A DNA stretch of 64,000 nucleotides from a virus (lineage: Duplodnaviria; Heunggongvirae; Uroviricota; Caudoviricetes): positions 1 to 64,000 of the IMG/VR virus record IMGVR_UViG_3300032286_000505. One strand, written 5' to 3'. Each line of letters begins with the position of its first letter. Within the stretch, counting starts at the first letter, position 1. The notes under the pieces were generated by a model, which saw only the letters and a program-made list of their open reading frames with translations, ran no database searches and was not told the origin of the DNA. Below are positions 37,935 through 47,279 of this stretch, piece after piece. The position numbers were made by a program, and so were the translations under genes.

Positions 37935-38586
37935 GATTAGTAAATTAGCCGCCGATATTACAGAACGATTTAATGCTAATGGTGAACAGACAACTACACC
38001 GTCTGAACATCAATACAATTGGCATAATACCCTGTGGACTAGCAATCGATTTCGCAGGGCACATGTTGAAATTGTAGATTTCCGAGAATCCCACAATATC
38101 TACATATTACACTGTACGGTATTTCCGCACTACAACGATCCGAGTCCTATCTACGGGTTTGATGCAGTATGCGGTCCCAACAAAATAACAGGTGCCTTCC
38201 ACGATTTTAGCCATGCTGGTGACCCCCATAGTTTTATGTATCTGTGGTTCAAAGCCCAAGTACACGGTCTAGAGTGGAACAAGCCCAGAGCGCTTCCTGA
38301 ATGGGCTCAGCAGATCTTTAGTCCGGCCATGGTAGCTGCTGGTAACCTACAGGACGAAGCAGAAATAGATCAATTGTGCAGTACAGCACTGACTACGCTA
38401 GATTTCTATTTAAAGAATGTAGGGTTAGATCAACAAGATACTGCGGATTTTCATATAGCACAGAACCGTTATTGCCATTGGCAAAAGCAGAATCCGCATG
38501 TAGTTAAGAGCATGATTAGCATGGGTGTGCCTGAATCTACTATGAAGAAGTTTGTTAGCGAAGTGTTGTTTCCTGAAGTTAGATAA
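37915..38586 (+). CDS. ferredoxin-dependent bilin reductase (PcyA/PcyX/PebS family)
   Basis: RAHVEIVDFRESHNIYILHCTVFPHYNDPSPIYGFDAVCGPNKITGAFHDFS and C-terminal QNRYCHWQKQ...VLFPEV align with the PcyA core and C-terminus. Confidence 0.7.
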   Translation: MTVVWDKISKLAADITERFNANGEQTTTPSEHQYNWHNTLWTSNRFRRAHVEIVDFRESHNIYILHCTVFPHYNDPSPIYGFDAVCGPNKITGAFHDFSHAGDPHSFMYLWFKAQVHGLEWNKPRALPEWAQQIFSPAMVAAGNLQDEAEIDQLCSTALTTLDFYLKNVGLDQQDTADFHIAQNRYCHWQKQNPHVVKSMISMGVPESTMKKFVSEVLFPEVR

Positions 38587-38596
38587 ATATTAGATT

Positions 38597-40399
38597 ATGA
38601 GATCACGTGAATTTTTAAAAGAAGCAACCCTTCAAAGCTCGTCCACTTCTAGCTGGCCCACTTATCTAGCAAATCTTATTACTGCAAAAGATATCGGAGT
38701 TGGTCCACAGGGTGAAAAACGTAGCGGACAACAATTAGACGATAAATCTAAAAAAATAGTAAAAGATCTAATAACACTGCTTAAAAACAACATTAATACA
38801 GGAGAACTAACTTCTCGAGAAATAAAAGCATCAATAGAAAATACTGTTGTTACATTAATTCCAGATGAAGTATCTGTTCCAATAAAATTTATTTACAAAA
38901 ATGCAGAAATTAAAGGCGGAAAATCAGAGGCAGGCTCTGAAAAGAAACCTTGGAATGAAGGTGAAGTTACCGAAACAATCCTCGGCGCTGCCTTATACGC
39001 TAGATTTATCAGTAATAAAAATATCTCAGGCGGCGAAGTTTTAAATGCTCTCAAAGAGTTTGTACAGAATCCTACACCAAATGGATTTGAAATTACAGAT
39101 GCTGTGAGAAACAAAACAAGTCCTATTCAAATGAAGGCATTAAATAAACCTGGAAACAATGAAGTTATCAACGAATACATAACTAATAAAAAAGATCTAG
39201 CTCTTAAATTTCCAGAAGGCGTAGCAGCTCTAGATCGTAAAGTAGAAGCCTGTGCTGCCTATGTAAATGAATCATCTAAAGTAAAAAAAGCATTGGAAGA
39301 AGCAGATGCCGTTCCTGGTAATACAATTATTATTAAAACTGACGGTGTAACTGAGCAAAAAGGAACTAAGGCTGACTTAGAAATTAGTGTTGGGAAATAT
39401 AAACAGCTACTAAGTTTAAAAGTAAACGATGTCAAGCAATTTGGTCAAGACAGCGGTTCAAGTGGTGTTATAGTATCTACGTTTTTTAAACGTTTTATTC
39501 CAGATTTAGACATATCAAATCTATACATGAATGGAGATATACCTAAGTCCTGGACTCCAGAAACAGGTGAGGGCTGGCCCAATATGGGTAGCAAGGCATC
39601 GACAAATGCGCTCAAACGTGACGGACTATGGGAATCAGCAGTTGATCAAGTATACAAGTTAACTGGCATGGCCTATCAACAGGCACACGATTTGTTACAA
39701 CGGCAACTGTCAACTCCGGTCGGAGCAGAGCAAGTTATTTCAAATATTTACAACGGCATACTACATCACGCACAAGGCAGTAATGCTGACCAATCTTTGG
39801 TTATATTAAATCCAGATACTAAGACAGCTTGGAAAGAATTAGAATTTGGACCTCCACTACTTCAAGCGTTAAAAAATTATCGCTTGGAAGTCTCGGTTCA
39901 AATAGCACCACCTGGAACTGATAGCAATCACCGACTTAAAGTCTTCGGTAGACCACTGACTCCAATAGCTGGCGCGGCAGCGGCCATTGATATTAGCAGT
40001 CCAGAAAAAGCCAAGAAAGTCAAGAAAGATCTAGATTCTAATAAACCTGTAAGAGAAAAAATGGATCCGGAGATGTTATTCCAATTAAGATCCTATATAC
40101 AAGAATCTGGTAATATGCGTAATCCAGTAGAAATGGGACCATTGCTAAAGAGTCTTACCGAAGTACAGGCAATTAATGCAGCGCCTGAGGTTGCGCCTGC
40201 GGCCGTTCCGGACGAATTAGACAGAATTAAAAATCTAGCAGGTGTTCCTGCAACTCCTCCAAAACCTGGACCAAATACAACTACTATGCAGGGAACTACT
40301 ATGCAGACCCCTACAACAGCTGGTATAACCAATCAAAATCGTACACTGGGTAACAAGATTCCTATGGGATCTGCGCCGTTGCCTACAATGCCACAATAA
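38597..40399 (+). CDS. hypothetical protein (600 aa), Pro/Ala/Thr-rich C-terminus
   Basis: Large ORF; no motif recognised. Confidence 0.4.
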   Translation: MRSREFLKEATLQSSSTSSWPTYLANLITAKDIGVGPQGEKRSGQQLDDKSKKIVKDLITLLKNNINTGELTSREIKASIENTVVTLIPDEVSVPIKFIYKNAEIKGGKSEAGSEKKPWNEGEVTETILGAALYARFISNKNISGGEVLNALKEFVQNPTPNGFEITDAVRNKTSPIQMKALNKPGNNEVINEYITNKKDLALKFPEGVAALDRKVEACAAYVNESSKVKKALEEADAVPGNTIIIKTDGVTEQKGTKADLEISVGKYKQLLSLKVNDVKQFGQDSGSSGVIVSTFFKRFIPDLDISNLYMNGDIPKSWTPETGEGWPNMGSKASTNALKRDGLWESAVDQVYKLTGMAYQQAHDLLQRQLSTPVGAEQVISNIYNGILHHAQGSNADQSLVILNPDTKTAWKELEFGPPLLQALKNYRLEVSVQIAPPGTDSNHRLKVFGRPLTPIAGAAAAIDISSPEKAKKVKKDLDSNKPVREKMDPEMLFQLRSYIQESGNMRNPVEMGPLLKSLTEVQAINAAPEVAPAAVPDELDRIKNLAGVPATPPKPGPNTTTMQGTTMQTPTTAGITNQNRTLGNKIPMGSAPLPTMPQ

Positions 40400-40463
40400 T
40401 TCAGTTTTCTTTTCTAAGACTTAAATAAGTCTACAGAGTTAAATACTCTTATATAGGAAAGAT

Positions 40464-40835
40464 ATGGAAATACTGTTCTTACTGCTATTATTCCAAATCA
40501 AGCACTGGTACGCTGATTTTAAGATTCAAACCTACATGCAGACTGTAAAGAAGGGCGTGTGGTTAGATCCAATTGGCATGAGCCATACATGGGACCACGT
40601 TAAGTTTACTATTGTAGTCCTAGCAATCTTTTGGTTTATTCATCCAATAAGTTTATGGTCGGCACTATTAGTCATATTGCTAGAGGGCCCGTATCACTAT
40701 ATAATTGATTATACCAAAGTTAGATACGGTTGTAAAGATAATACCAAACCGTTATTCTGGAATCAGTTTGGCTTAGACCAATTAGCTCATCAAATATCTT
40801 ATCTTGCCATTGCGTGGTATCTATTAGTTTTTTAA
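40464..40835 (+). CDS. integral membrane protein (4 TM, 123 aa)
   Basis: Hydrophobic helices. Confidence 0.4.
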   Translation: MEILFLLLLFQIKHWYADFKIQTYMQTVKKGVWLDPIGMSHTWDHVKFTIVVLAIFWFIHPISLWSALLVILLEGPYHYIIDYTKVRYGCKDNTKPLFWNQFGLDQLAHQISYLAIAWYLLVF

Positions 40836-40903
40836 TCTAGACTAAAGTACTACGATAATTTGTAGTAATTACTCCTTAAATATTATTAATAAGGGAGCAG
40901 TCT

Positions 40904-41389
40904 ATGAAAAAGATCGTAGTAGCATTAGGGGTATGGCTCGCACTAGCTGTAAATTCCGCAAATGCAGAGCTAGTTCAACAGTTTAAAAATCCAGCTTTTA
41001 GCGGTATTGGATACAGCAGTCATGTATTGACTATTGACAGTATCGAAAAATCACGCAAAGATGCAATTGAAGCTGATAAAAAAGCAACCATTGCTAGAGC
41101 AGAAGCTGAACTGCTAAACACACCTTTGAATAGATTCATGGGCCTATTTCAAAGCCAAGTTTATGCTCAACTTGCAACACAATTAAGCAATAACCTATTC
41201 ACAAATAAATGCGCTAATGCAGACGGCACTGCAATTCCGGGCTGTGTAAATCCAACAACAGGTAACTTTAATCTAGACGGTAATACAGTTACCTGGGCCA
41301 AAGCCAATGACAAAGTTACACTGACAGTTGTAGATGCCAAAGGCACTGTAACTCGAGTTATTGTTCCAATTGCTAGTTTCAGTTTTTAA
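40904..41389 (+). CDS. csgF: curli assembly protein CsgF-like
   Basis: Signal peptide followed by ELVQQFKNPAFSG, matching the CsgF N-terminus TMTFQFRNPNFGG; RBS AAGGGAG. Confidence 0.65.
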   Translation: MKKIVVALGVWLALAVNSANAELVQQFKNPAFSGIGYSSHVLTIDSIEKSRKDAIEADKKATIARAEAELLNTPLNRFMGLFQSQVYAQLATQLSNNLFTNKCANADGTAIPGCVNPTTGNFNLDGNTVTWAKANDKVTLTVVDAKGTVTRVIVPIASFSF

Positions 41390-41399
41390 GGAGTAAACA

Positions 41400-42248
41400 A
41401 TGAAAGCAATTAAATTATCCTTAATCACACTAGCCGCAGTGACTCTAGTAGGTTGCTCAACTGTACGCCCATTTGGCAGTACACAAATCAAAGAAGAAGC
41501 TCGAGTCAGTGAAACTATCAATAAAAGTTTTGTTGATGTTCCAAGTCCAGCAGGCCCAGCAGTCACTGTGGCAGTCTATGGCTTCAAAGACCTAACAGGA
41601 CAGCGTAAACCAAGTTCAACATTGAGCTTGTTTAGTACAGCAGTTACACAAGGTGCTGAAGCATACTTGATGAAAAGTTTACAAGAAGTTGGCAATCGTC
41701 AATGGTTCACAGTAGTTGAACGTGTTGGCCTTGACAACCTATTGAAAGAGCGTCAGATGATCAAACAGACACGTGAGATCTACGAAGGCGCAAATGCCAA
41801 ACCTTTACCTCCACTACAAATGGCGGGCGTTATTTTAGAAGGCGGCATTATTGACTACAACAGTAACACCTTAACAGGCGGAACTGGAGCACGTTGGTTA
41901 GGTATTGGAACACAAACAGCTTACACTCAGGACGTGGTTGTTATTAGTCTGCGTCTAGTAAGCGTACAAACTGGCGAAGTCTTAACTACGGTAACAGTGG
42001 AAAAGAATTTGCTCAGTACCGCCGATGGTGCAACAGCGTTGAAGTTTTTCAACCAGGCAACACAGGCGTTCGAATTTGATACGAGTCAAACATTCAATGA
42101 GCCGGGCAACTATGCCCTACGTTCAGCAATTGAGACAGCGGTTATCGAATTGATTAAAAAAGGTGAGCGTCAAAACCTGTGGAAATTCAAAGAGCAAACA
42201 ACTGAGTTGGTTCAAGACAATACCTCACTTGAAGAAAGCAAAAAATAA
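41400..42248 (+). CDS. csgG: curli secretion channel lipoprotein CsgG
   Basis: Lipobox LVGCS; VAVYGFKDLTGQRKP, FSTAVTQGAEAYLMKSLQ, WFTVVERVGLDNLLKERQ, VILEGGIIDYNSNTLTGGTGARWLGIG, LRLVSVQTGEVL align along the length of E. coli CsgG. Confidence 0.85.
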   Translation: MKAIKLSLITLAAVTLVGCSTVRPFGSTQIKEEARVSETINKSFVDVPSPAGPAVTVAVYGFKDLTGQRKPSSTLSLFSTAVTQGAEAYLMKSLQEVGNRQWFTVVERVGLDNLLKERQMIKQTREIYEGANAKPLPPLQMAGVILEGGIIDYNSNTLTGGTGARWLGIGTQTAYTQDVVVISLRLVSVQTGEVLTTVTVEKNLLSTADGATALKFFNQATQAFEFDTSQTFNEPGNYALRSAIETAVIELIKKGERQNLWKFKEQTTELVQDNTSLEESKK

Positions 42249-42284
42249 AGTAAAACAGGTTGAACAGACCAGGAGCAAACAAAA

Positions 42285-43079
42285 ATGAAAAAAACACTAT
42301 TAACAATTTTATTAGCCGCAACACTACCGGCTTTTGCACAGACAGCAGTATCTGCACCATCAGCACCTATTATTCCATCAATGACTACAGTTAGTCCTAA
42401 TGCAACAGCCGCATTGGCCATTGCTACTACTAACCGTGTCTTCATTGATCAAAGTGGTGCAAACCCTAATGTCAACATGACACAAGATGGTACAGGCAAC
42501 AAGGCAGGTTCAGCTGCTCGACCAGTATACCTACGTGGCATTGACCAAGTTATTGTTACCAGACAAGTTGGTATCAACAATGAAATCAATCTAGAAGTAT
42601 CAAACGATACTACTGGAACAGGTAAAGGTGCAAAGGTCACTATTCAACAATTAGGTGACAGTAACACGGTTGACGCGGCCTGCGGATACGGTTTTGCCAG
42701 TAACGGCACAACGGCACTAACAGGATGTAACAATGCTGATCTAAACTGGAAATTCAATACCGGCAGTGATAGCAATGTATTACAGTTCCGTGGATCGGGA
42801 ACAGATCTAAAGAGTGCAATTGATGTTACAGGTGATACTAACAAGTTCTATGTAGATACTATTGGTAATAAACACAGCCAGACTATCAAAGTAGTAGGTA
42901 ACACTAACGAGTTCAATATTAACCAACAATCGACTGGTGCAGCAGGATCTAGCATTTGGGTTGATGTTAATGGTGATGGCAACAAGTTTGCTATGAGCCA
43001 AACTGGAACTATTGATAACGTTATTAATATCAAAAGTGTAGCCACAAGCGGCACATTTAACATCACTCAGAAGAACTAA
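42285..43079 (+). CDS. secreted curlin-repeat protein (CsgA/CsgB-like)
   Basis: Signal peptide; repeated x-I/V-x-Q-x-G-x-x-N-x-x-x-V units (IDQSGANPNVNM, IQQLGDSNTV, INQQSTG, MSQTGTIDNV). Confidence 0.5.
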   Translation: MKKTLLTILLAATLPAFAQTAVSAPSAPIIPSMTTVSPNATAALAIATTNRVFIDQSGANPNVNMTQDGTGNKAGSAARPVYLRGIDQVIVTRQVGINNEINLEVSNDTTGTGKGAKVTIQQLGDSNTVDAACGYGFASNGTTALTGCNNADLNWKFNTGSDSNVLQFRGSGTDLKSAIDVTGDTNKFYVDTIGNKHSQTIKVVGNTNEFNINQQSTGAAGSSIWVDVNGDGNKFAMSQTGTIDNVINIKSVATSGTFNITQKN

Positions 43080-43088
43080 GGAGCGGCA

Positions 43089-44267
43089 ATGAGAGTTGCC
43101 TCTCTTATCATTGGCTTATTGGTAGCCAGTTCAGCTTGGGCGGAAATTGGTTCCGTTACAGAAGCCTCTGGAACTGCTATCATTAAGCGTGGTAAAGAAA
43201 CTATTCAAGTTTCTAAAGGAACTCTTATTGAAACCAACGACCGAGTTGAGACCAAAAACGGTAAGATTAAAATTGTTTTTAAAGACGATACTAATGTTAC
43301 CGTTACTGAGTCTAGTAGCTTAATCATAGATGACTTTGTTTATGATCCCAAAAGCGGTGCTGGAAAGCTAGGACTTAAAGCAGCCGCAGGTACGATACGC
43401 TATGTATCTGGCAACATTGCTAAAGATCCTAAGAATGTAAAAATCAATACGCCTACAGCAGCCATTGCTGTTCGTGGTACTGATTTTGTTATGGCAGTCA
43501 GTGAAACTGGCGCTAGTATGGTCATGCTGATGCCCACCTGTGAAATAGAACAAAATGTAAACTTAAAAGGTCTTAGCTGTGGCAGTGGTGCTATCGATGT
43601 AGAAACACCAGCAGGCATTGTTAAACTAAATCGCCCTTATCAAGCTACCCTAGTTGAAACACTAAACGGCATGCCCAGTCCTGCTGTAGTTGTTGCTCTT
43701 AATGGCATGGCTATTGGCAATAACTTAATAGTTAGTCCTCCACAAACAACTACCGGTATAAATGTTATTGCTGCTGCCCGTGCTGCCGCAGTAGCTACAG
43801 GTGATGCAAAGAAAGACGATAAAAAAGATAAGCGTGACGATAAAGAAGATAAAGATGACGCCAAAGAAGAACGTCAACATGCTGCCAATAAAGATAACGG
43901 TGGAGCAAATAAGTCACAGAAGCAAGGACGCGGATCTAACGACAACAGTGAAGAAGAGAAAACTAGAACTGCTGCCAATAGCATCGATCCTCCTACAAAT
44001 AAAGAAGTTGCATCTAGTGAATCTACAGCAATAGGTGATATTGAAAATCCCTACGTTAAGAAGTTATGGAAAGACAAAAGCGAAACGCAACAAGTTGGAT
44101 GGATGTATGAAAGTTTAAGTCCAAACAATCGTAACTATGCAAATATCGTTATGCCTTTAGACACTAAAGTTCAGGTTACTGTAACACAAGATATGCAAAC
44201 CAATCAATGGAACTTTGCTCCAGGCAAACCTATAGGACAGATTGTTATCAATCAGAACTTCAGATGA
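43089..44267 (+). CDS. secreted FecR-domain protein with charged low-complexity linker
   Basis: Signal peptide; IIKRGKETIQVSKGTLIETNDRVETKNGKIKIVFKDDTNVTV resembles a FecR/DUF4974-type beta sandwich. Confidence 0.45.
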   Translation: MRVASLIIGLLVASSAWAEIGSVTEASGTAIIKRGKETIQVSKGTLIETNDRVETKNGKIKIVFKDDTNVTVTESSSLIIDDFVYDPKSGAGKLGLKAAAGTIRYVSGNIAKDPKNVKINTPTAAIAVRGTDFVMAVSETGASMVMLMPTCEIEQNVNLKGLSCGSGAIDVETPAGIVKLNRPYQATLVETLNGMPSPAVVVALNGMAIGNNLIVSPPQTTTGINVIAAARAAAVATGDAKKDDKKDKRDDKEDKDDAKEERQHAANKDNGGANKSQKQGRGSNDNSEEEKTRTAANSIDPPTNKEVASSESTAIGDIENPYVKKLWKDKSETQQVGWMYESLSPNNRNYANIVMPLDTKVQVTVTQDMQTNQWNFAPGKPIGQIVINQNFR

Positions 44268-46345
44268 AAAAGATATTTCTAGCCTTAATGTTGTTATGTG
44301 CCAATGCATATGCCGACCTAACTGATATCAAGTTTGGTCAAAGCCAGATCGCTGATAGTCAGTGGAATGTCAACGCTTGTCTTAATACCACTACCTGCCA
44401 AATCTACAGTAAGAATCCAGGTACTGCCTATAAGATTCCTTGGACTAACGGGCAGGTATCTTGGGCCTCAGGAGACTATGTAAAATTCAGCTCTAGCGGT
44501 AATGGTTCCTTTCCTTATACAGCAACACAATATACAAATGCAGGCACAGTAAAATCCACATTGGGCAACGGTAAGATTGTCAATATGGGTCCTGACTATT
44601 TCTTTTTTGTAGGCAGTGACAACAACACAGGACAGTTATTCAGCGGCAGTACTGGTATGAGCGGAACTACTGGTGTTAGTTGGACTGGCACATTAAACCC
44701 TACAGTAGCACAGGCCAACGCTTATGCCAATGCTACATATTCTACAGTTCCTTTAACAGCGGGACAGACTGCTACAACTACGCCAAGTAGTCCTCCGCCG
44801 GCACCTCCTAATTTGGGTTTCGAAACAGGTAATACTAACTCATGGACTATTAGTAATACTACAGGTGCCGCAAACTGGGGCAGTGGTTCTGGCGCGGCAG
44901 TTGTTACAGGACTCCAGCATACACCTGACGGCGGAAAGTCCTGGACCGTAACTCCGTATGGAACTTATATGTTGAGTCTACAGCCAGGTAGTGGAGCACC
45001 TACATTTGATGCTGCAACTACTAGTCTAGGTTTGACTTCAGCACAAAATATAGCAATTAAAAATTTATTAACGCAACAGGCACAGACTAGTGGTGGCGAT
45101 CCAACTCCTACTAATGCCTCTTGGGTTAAGAGGGATATGTCCTTAAAGGCAGGTGTAACGTATTCAATTGCATGGCAGTATCTATCAACTGATTATACAC
45201 CATTCAATGACGGTAGTGTTATTACACTGGTTCACAAAACAGACAGTAGTAAAGTTCCTACACTAAACAACGCGGTTCGAAACTATTCCTTATTAGGATT
45301 TACCAATCCTGGAACAGGTGACTATTCTACCAACAGTTACGGATCAACTGGATGGCAGGTAGCAACATTTACAGTTCCAACTGATGGAGATTATAGTTTA
45401 GGATTTGCAGTTTTTAATCTTGGAGACACTGCTCTAAGTCCTATTTTACTAATTGACGAAATGCAGGGAACTACTATGTTAAACGGATCAGCGTTTAATC
45501 CAGTTCCTCCTAACCCGGGTACTGGCGCTCCAGCAACGGGTGGCGGTACAGTTGAACCTACTTGGCCAACAACTAGCGACATTACAGCAGGACAGACTAC
45601 ACAAAAAAACGCTGCCAAGACTCGTGTTACTAATATCCAATTAGGTAACTATGTTTATATTGATCAAAAGATTGGTAGCAGTAGTAATACAGTAACTATT
45701 GAACAAACTGGCAACTACAACAAGATTAGTGGGTTGGGTGGCGGAACTTACGCGGTGTCAGATGGTGACAGCAATACTATTAACATTAAGCAAGGCGATA
45801 CTTTGGGTAAAAACTTGATTGAGTTTAACATTGTAGGTAATACTAATAATGTCAGTATATGGCAAGCACGTAATCCTACAACAGGTTTACAAGATGGCAA
45901 CGAAAGTGGTGGACACTATCTAGGCCTAAATATAAACGGTAACACAAATAATCTATCATTAAAACAAAGTAACAACGGCGGAACATCAAGTGGACACTTT
46001 GCCTATGTTGATGTTACAGGTAACGGCAACAACGGGACATTAAACCAGCTAGGCAATGGTGAAAAAACATTCTTTGGTATTGTTAATGGCAACACCAATG
46101 TGTTTGATATTACCCAACAAGGTTCAGGCAGTTACTTTGATCTAAGTTTAACAGGCACCGGTCACAATGTCTCTGCTAACCAAAAAGACGCAGGAAGTCA
46201 CAAAGCCACAATCAACTTAACCAACGCTGGTGGTGCTAGCAATGTTACCCTAGTTCAACAAGGTGCTACAGCACAAAACATCAACATTACACAGCAGTGT
46301 GCTACATTATCCGGTTGCTCCGTAAGTGTTACACAAGGTCAATAA
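44264..46345 (+). CDS. large secreted protein with C-terminal curlin-like repeats (693 aa)
   Basis: Start moved to MKKIFLALMLLCANAYA (ATGA overlap with upstream stop); C-terminal third carries 10 or more N-x-x-x-V-x-Q-x-G-x-x-N units. Confidence 0.5.
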   Translation: MKKIFLALMLLCANAYADLTDIKFGQSQIADSQWNVNACLNTTTCQIYSKNPGTAYKIPWTNGQVSWASGDYVKFSSSGNGSFPYTATQYTNAGTVKSTLGNGKIVNMGPDYFFFVGSDNNTGQLFSGSTGMSGTTGVSWTGTLNPTVAQANAYANATYSTVPLTAGQTATTTPSSPPPAPPNLGFETGNTNSWTISNTTGAANWGSGSGAAVVTGLQHTPDGGKSWTVTPYGTYMLSLQPGSGAPTFDAATTSLGLTSAQNIAIKNLLTQQAQTSGGDPTPTNASWVKRDMSLKAGVTYSIAWQYLSTDYTPFNDGSVITLVHKTDSSKVPTLNNAVRNYSLLGFTNPGTGDYSTNSYGSTGWQVATFTVPTDGDYSLGFAVFNLGDTALSPILLIDEMQGTTMLNGSAFNPVPPNPGTGAPATGGGTVEPTWPTTSDITAGQTTQKNAAKTRVTNIQLGNYVYIDQKIGSSSNTVTIEQTGNYNKISGLGGGTYAVSDGDSNTINIKQGDTLGKNLIEFNIVGNTNNVSIWQARNPTTGLQDGNESGGHYLGLNINGNTNNLSLKQSNNGGTSSGHFAYVDVTGNGNNGTLNQLGNGEKTFFGIVNGNTNVFDITQQGSGSYFDLSLTGTGHNVSANQKDAGSHKATINLTNAGGASNVTLVQQGATAQNINITQQCATLSGCSVSVTQGQ

Positions 46346-46781
46346 ATACAGCATAGAAGAACATTATGCACAAATTTATTGTATGAGAGCAAACGAATTT
46401 ATTAGTGAACTAGTTAATCCCGACGTGCAGGATATGCGTTTCCACCATAAGCAAGCAATTGGGGATTTTGTTTATACTGCTACTACAGAAATAGAACCCT
46501 ATCACAAAACTAAAATGTTAGTCATTAGAGCACTTGACGGTAAAGAAGCAATAGGCAAGGCCAAATTTTATATTGATCACGGTGATACATTAACAGCGGC
46601 ATTGACTACAGTTCGACCCGAATACCAAAAGCACGGCATTGCCAGCACCATGTATGCGTATGCTAAAATGTTAGGCAACGACATTGAGCCTAGCAAGAAT
46701 CAACTACCGCCCGGAAAGGCCATGTGGCGCAGTTGGAAAAAATCCGGCGATGCTAAATTCCTACTTCCTGACAAAAAATAA
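46326..46781 (+). CDS. GNAT-family N-acetyltransferase
   Basis: RPEYQKHGIASTMYAYA resembles the GNAT acetyl-CoA-binding motif A. Confidence 0.45.
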   Translation: MLHKVNKYSIEEHYAQIYCMRANEFISELVNPDVQDMRFHHKQAIGDFVYTATTEIEPYHKTKMLVIRALDGKEAIGKAKFYIDHGDTLTAALTTVRPEYQKHGIASTMYAYAKMLGNDIEPSKNQLPPGKAMWRSWKKSGDAKFLLPDKK

Positions 46782-46786
46782 ACTTT

Positions 46787-46830
46787 GAAGATCTTTCCAA
46801 AATCTTCATTTGTGATCATTTTGGATCACC
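46787..46830 (+). terminator. tandem hairpins (TGAAGATC...ATCTTCA; GTGATC...GATCAC) with T-runs
   Basis: Directly after the GNAT gene. Confidence 0.4.
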
Positions 46831-47279
46831 TGTATACTGTATAAACACACAAATACACTATACAGCGAGACATAAGGTTGGCAGGCCGGGCTACAATTCT
46901 GCTGAAAAATCCGTTCTGATGTGTGACGGTAATCATTCTTTTCCTCCGCAAAAGGCTTCAACTCACTACCTCAAGCCTTGACTTGAGATGCCTTAAAAAC
47001 GCCAGTCCCTTGACTGTTCACGTTTGAGTTGTCGTAACAGGTTGCACAATATTTTCCAATACGTCCATGAGAGCAATGACACCGAAGCTCTCTTAAAAAT
47101 CGTAGTAGGTTGGGTAAGGTACAGAGCCCAGAGACGTGGAATACAAATACCTACTGTCCTAGTGTGGCTGAAGCAACTCAGCAAACATCTCATGCGGCAT
47201 CCTTAACAGGGTGTCGTATGGCCTCACAATCTAGCAAAACTTCAAAATTCTTCCTCTGAGGAATTTAATAAATATCTGT
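46831..47279 (+). other. long GC-elevated untranslated leader with hairpins and a 13-bp palindrome TTCCTC-T-GAGGAA at 47262..47274
   Basis: 480 nt without a credible ORF, upstream of the CHASE2-cyclase gene. Confidence 0.4.
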
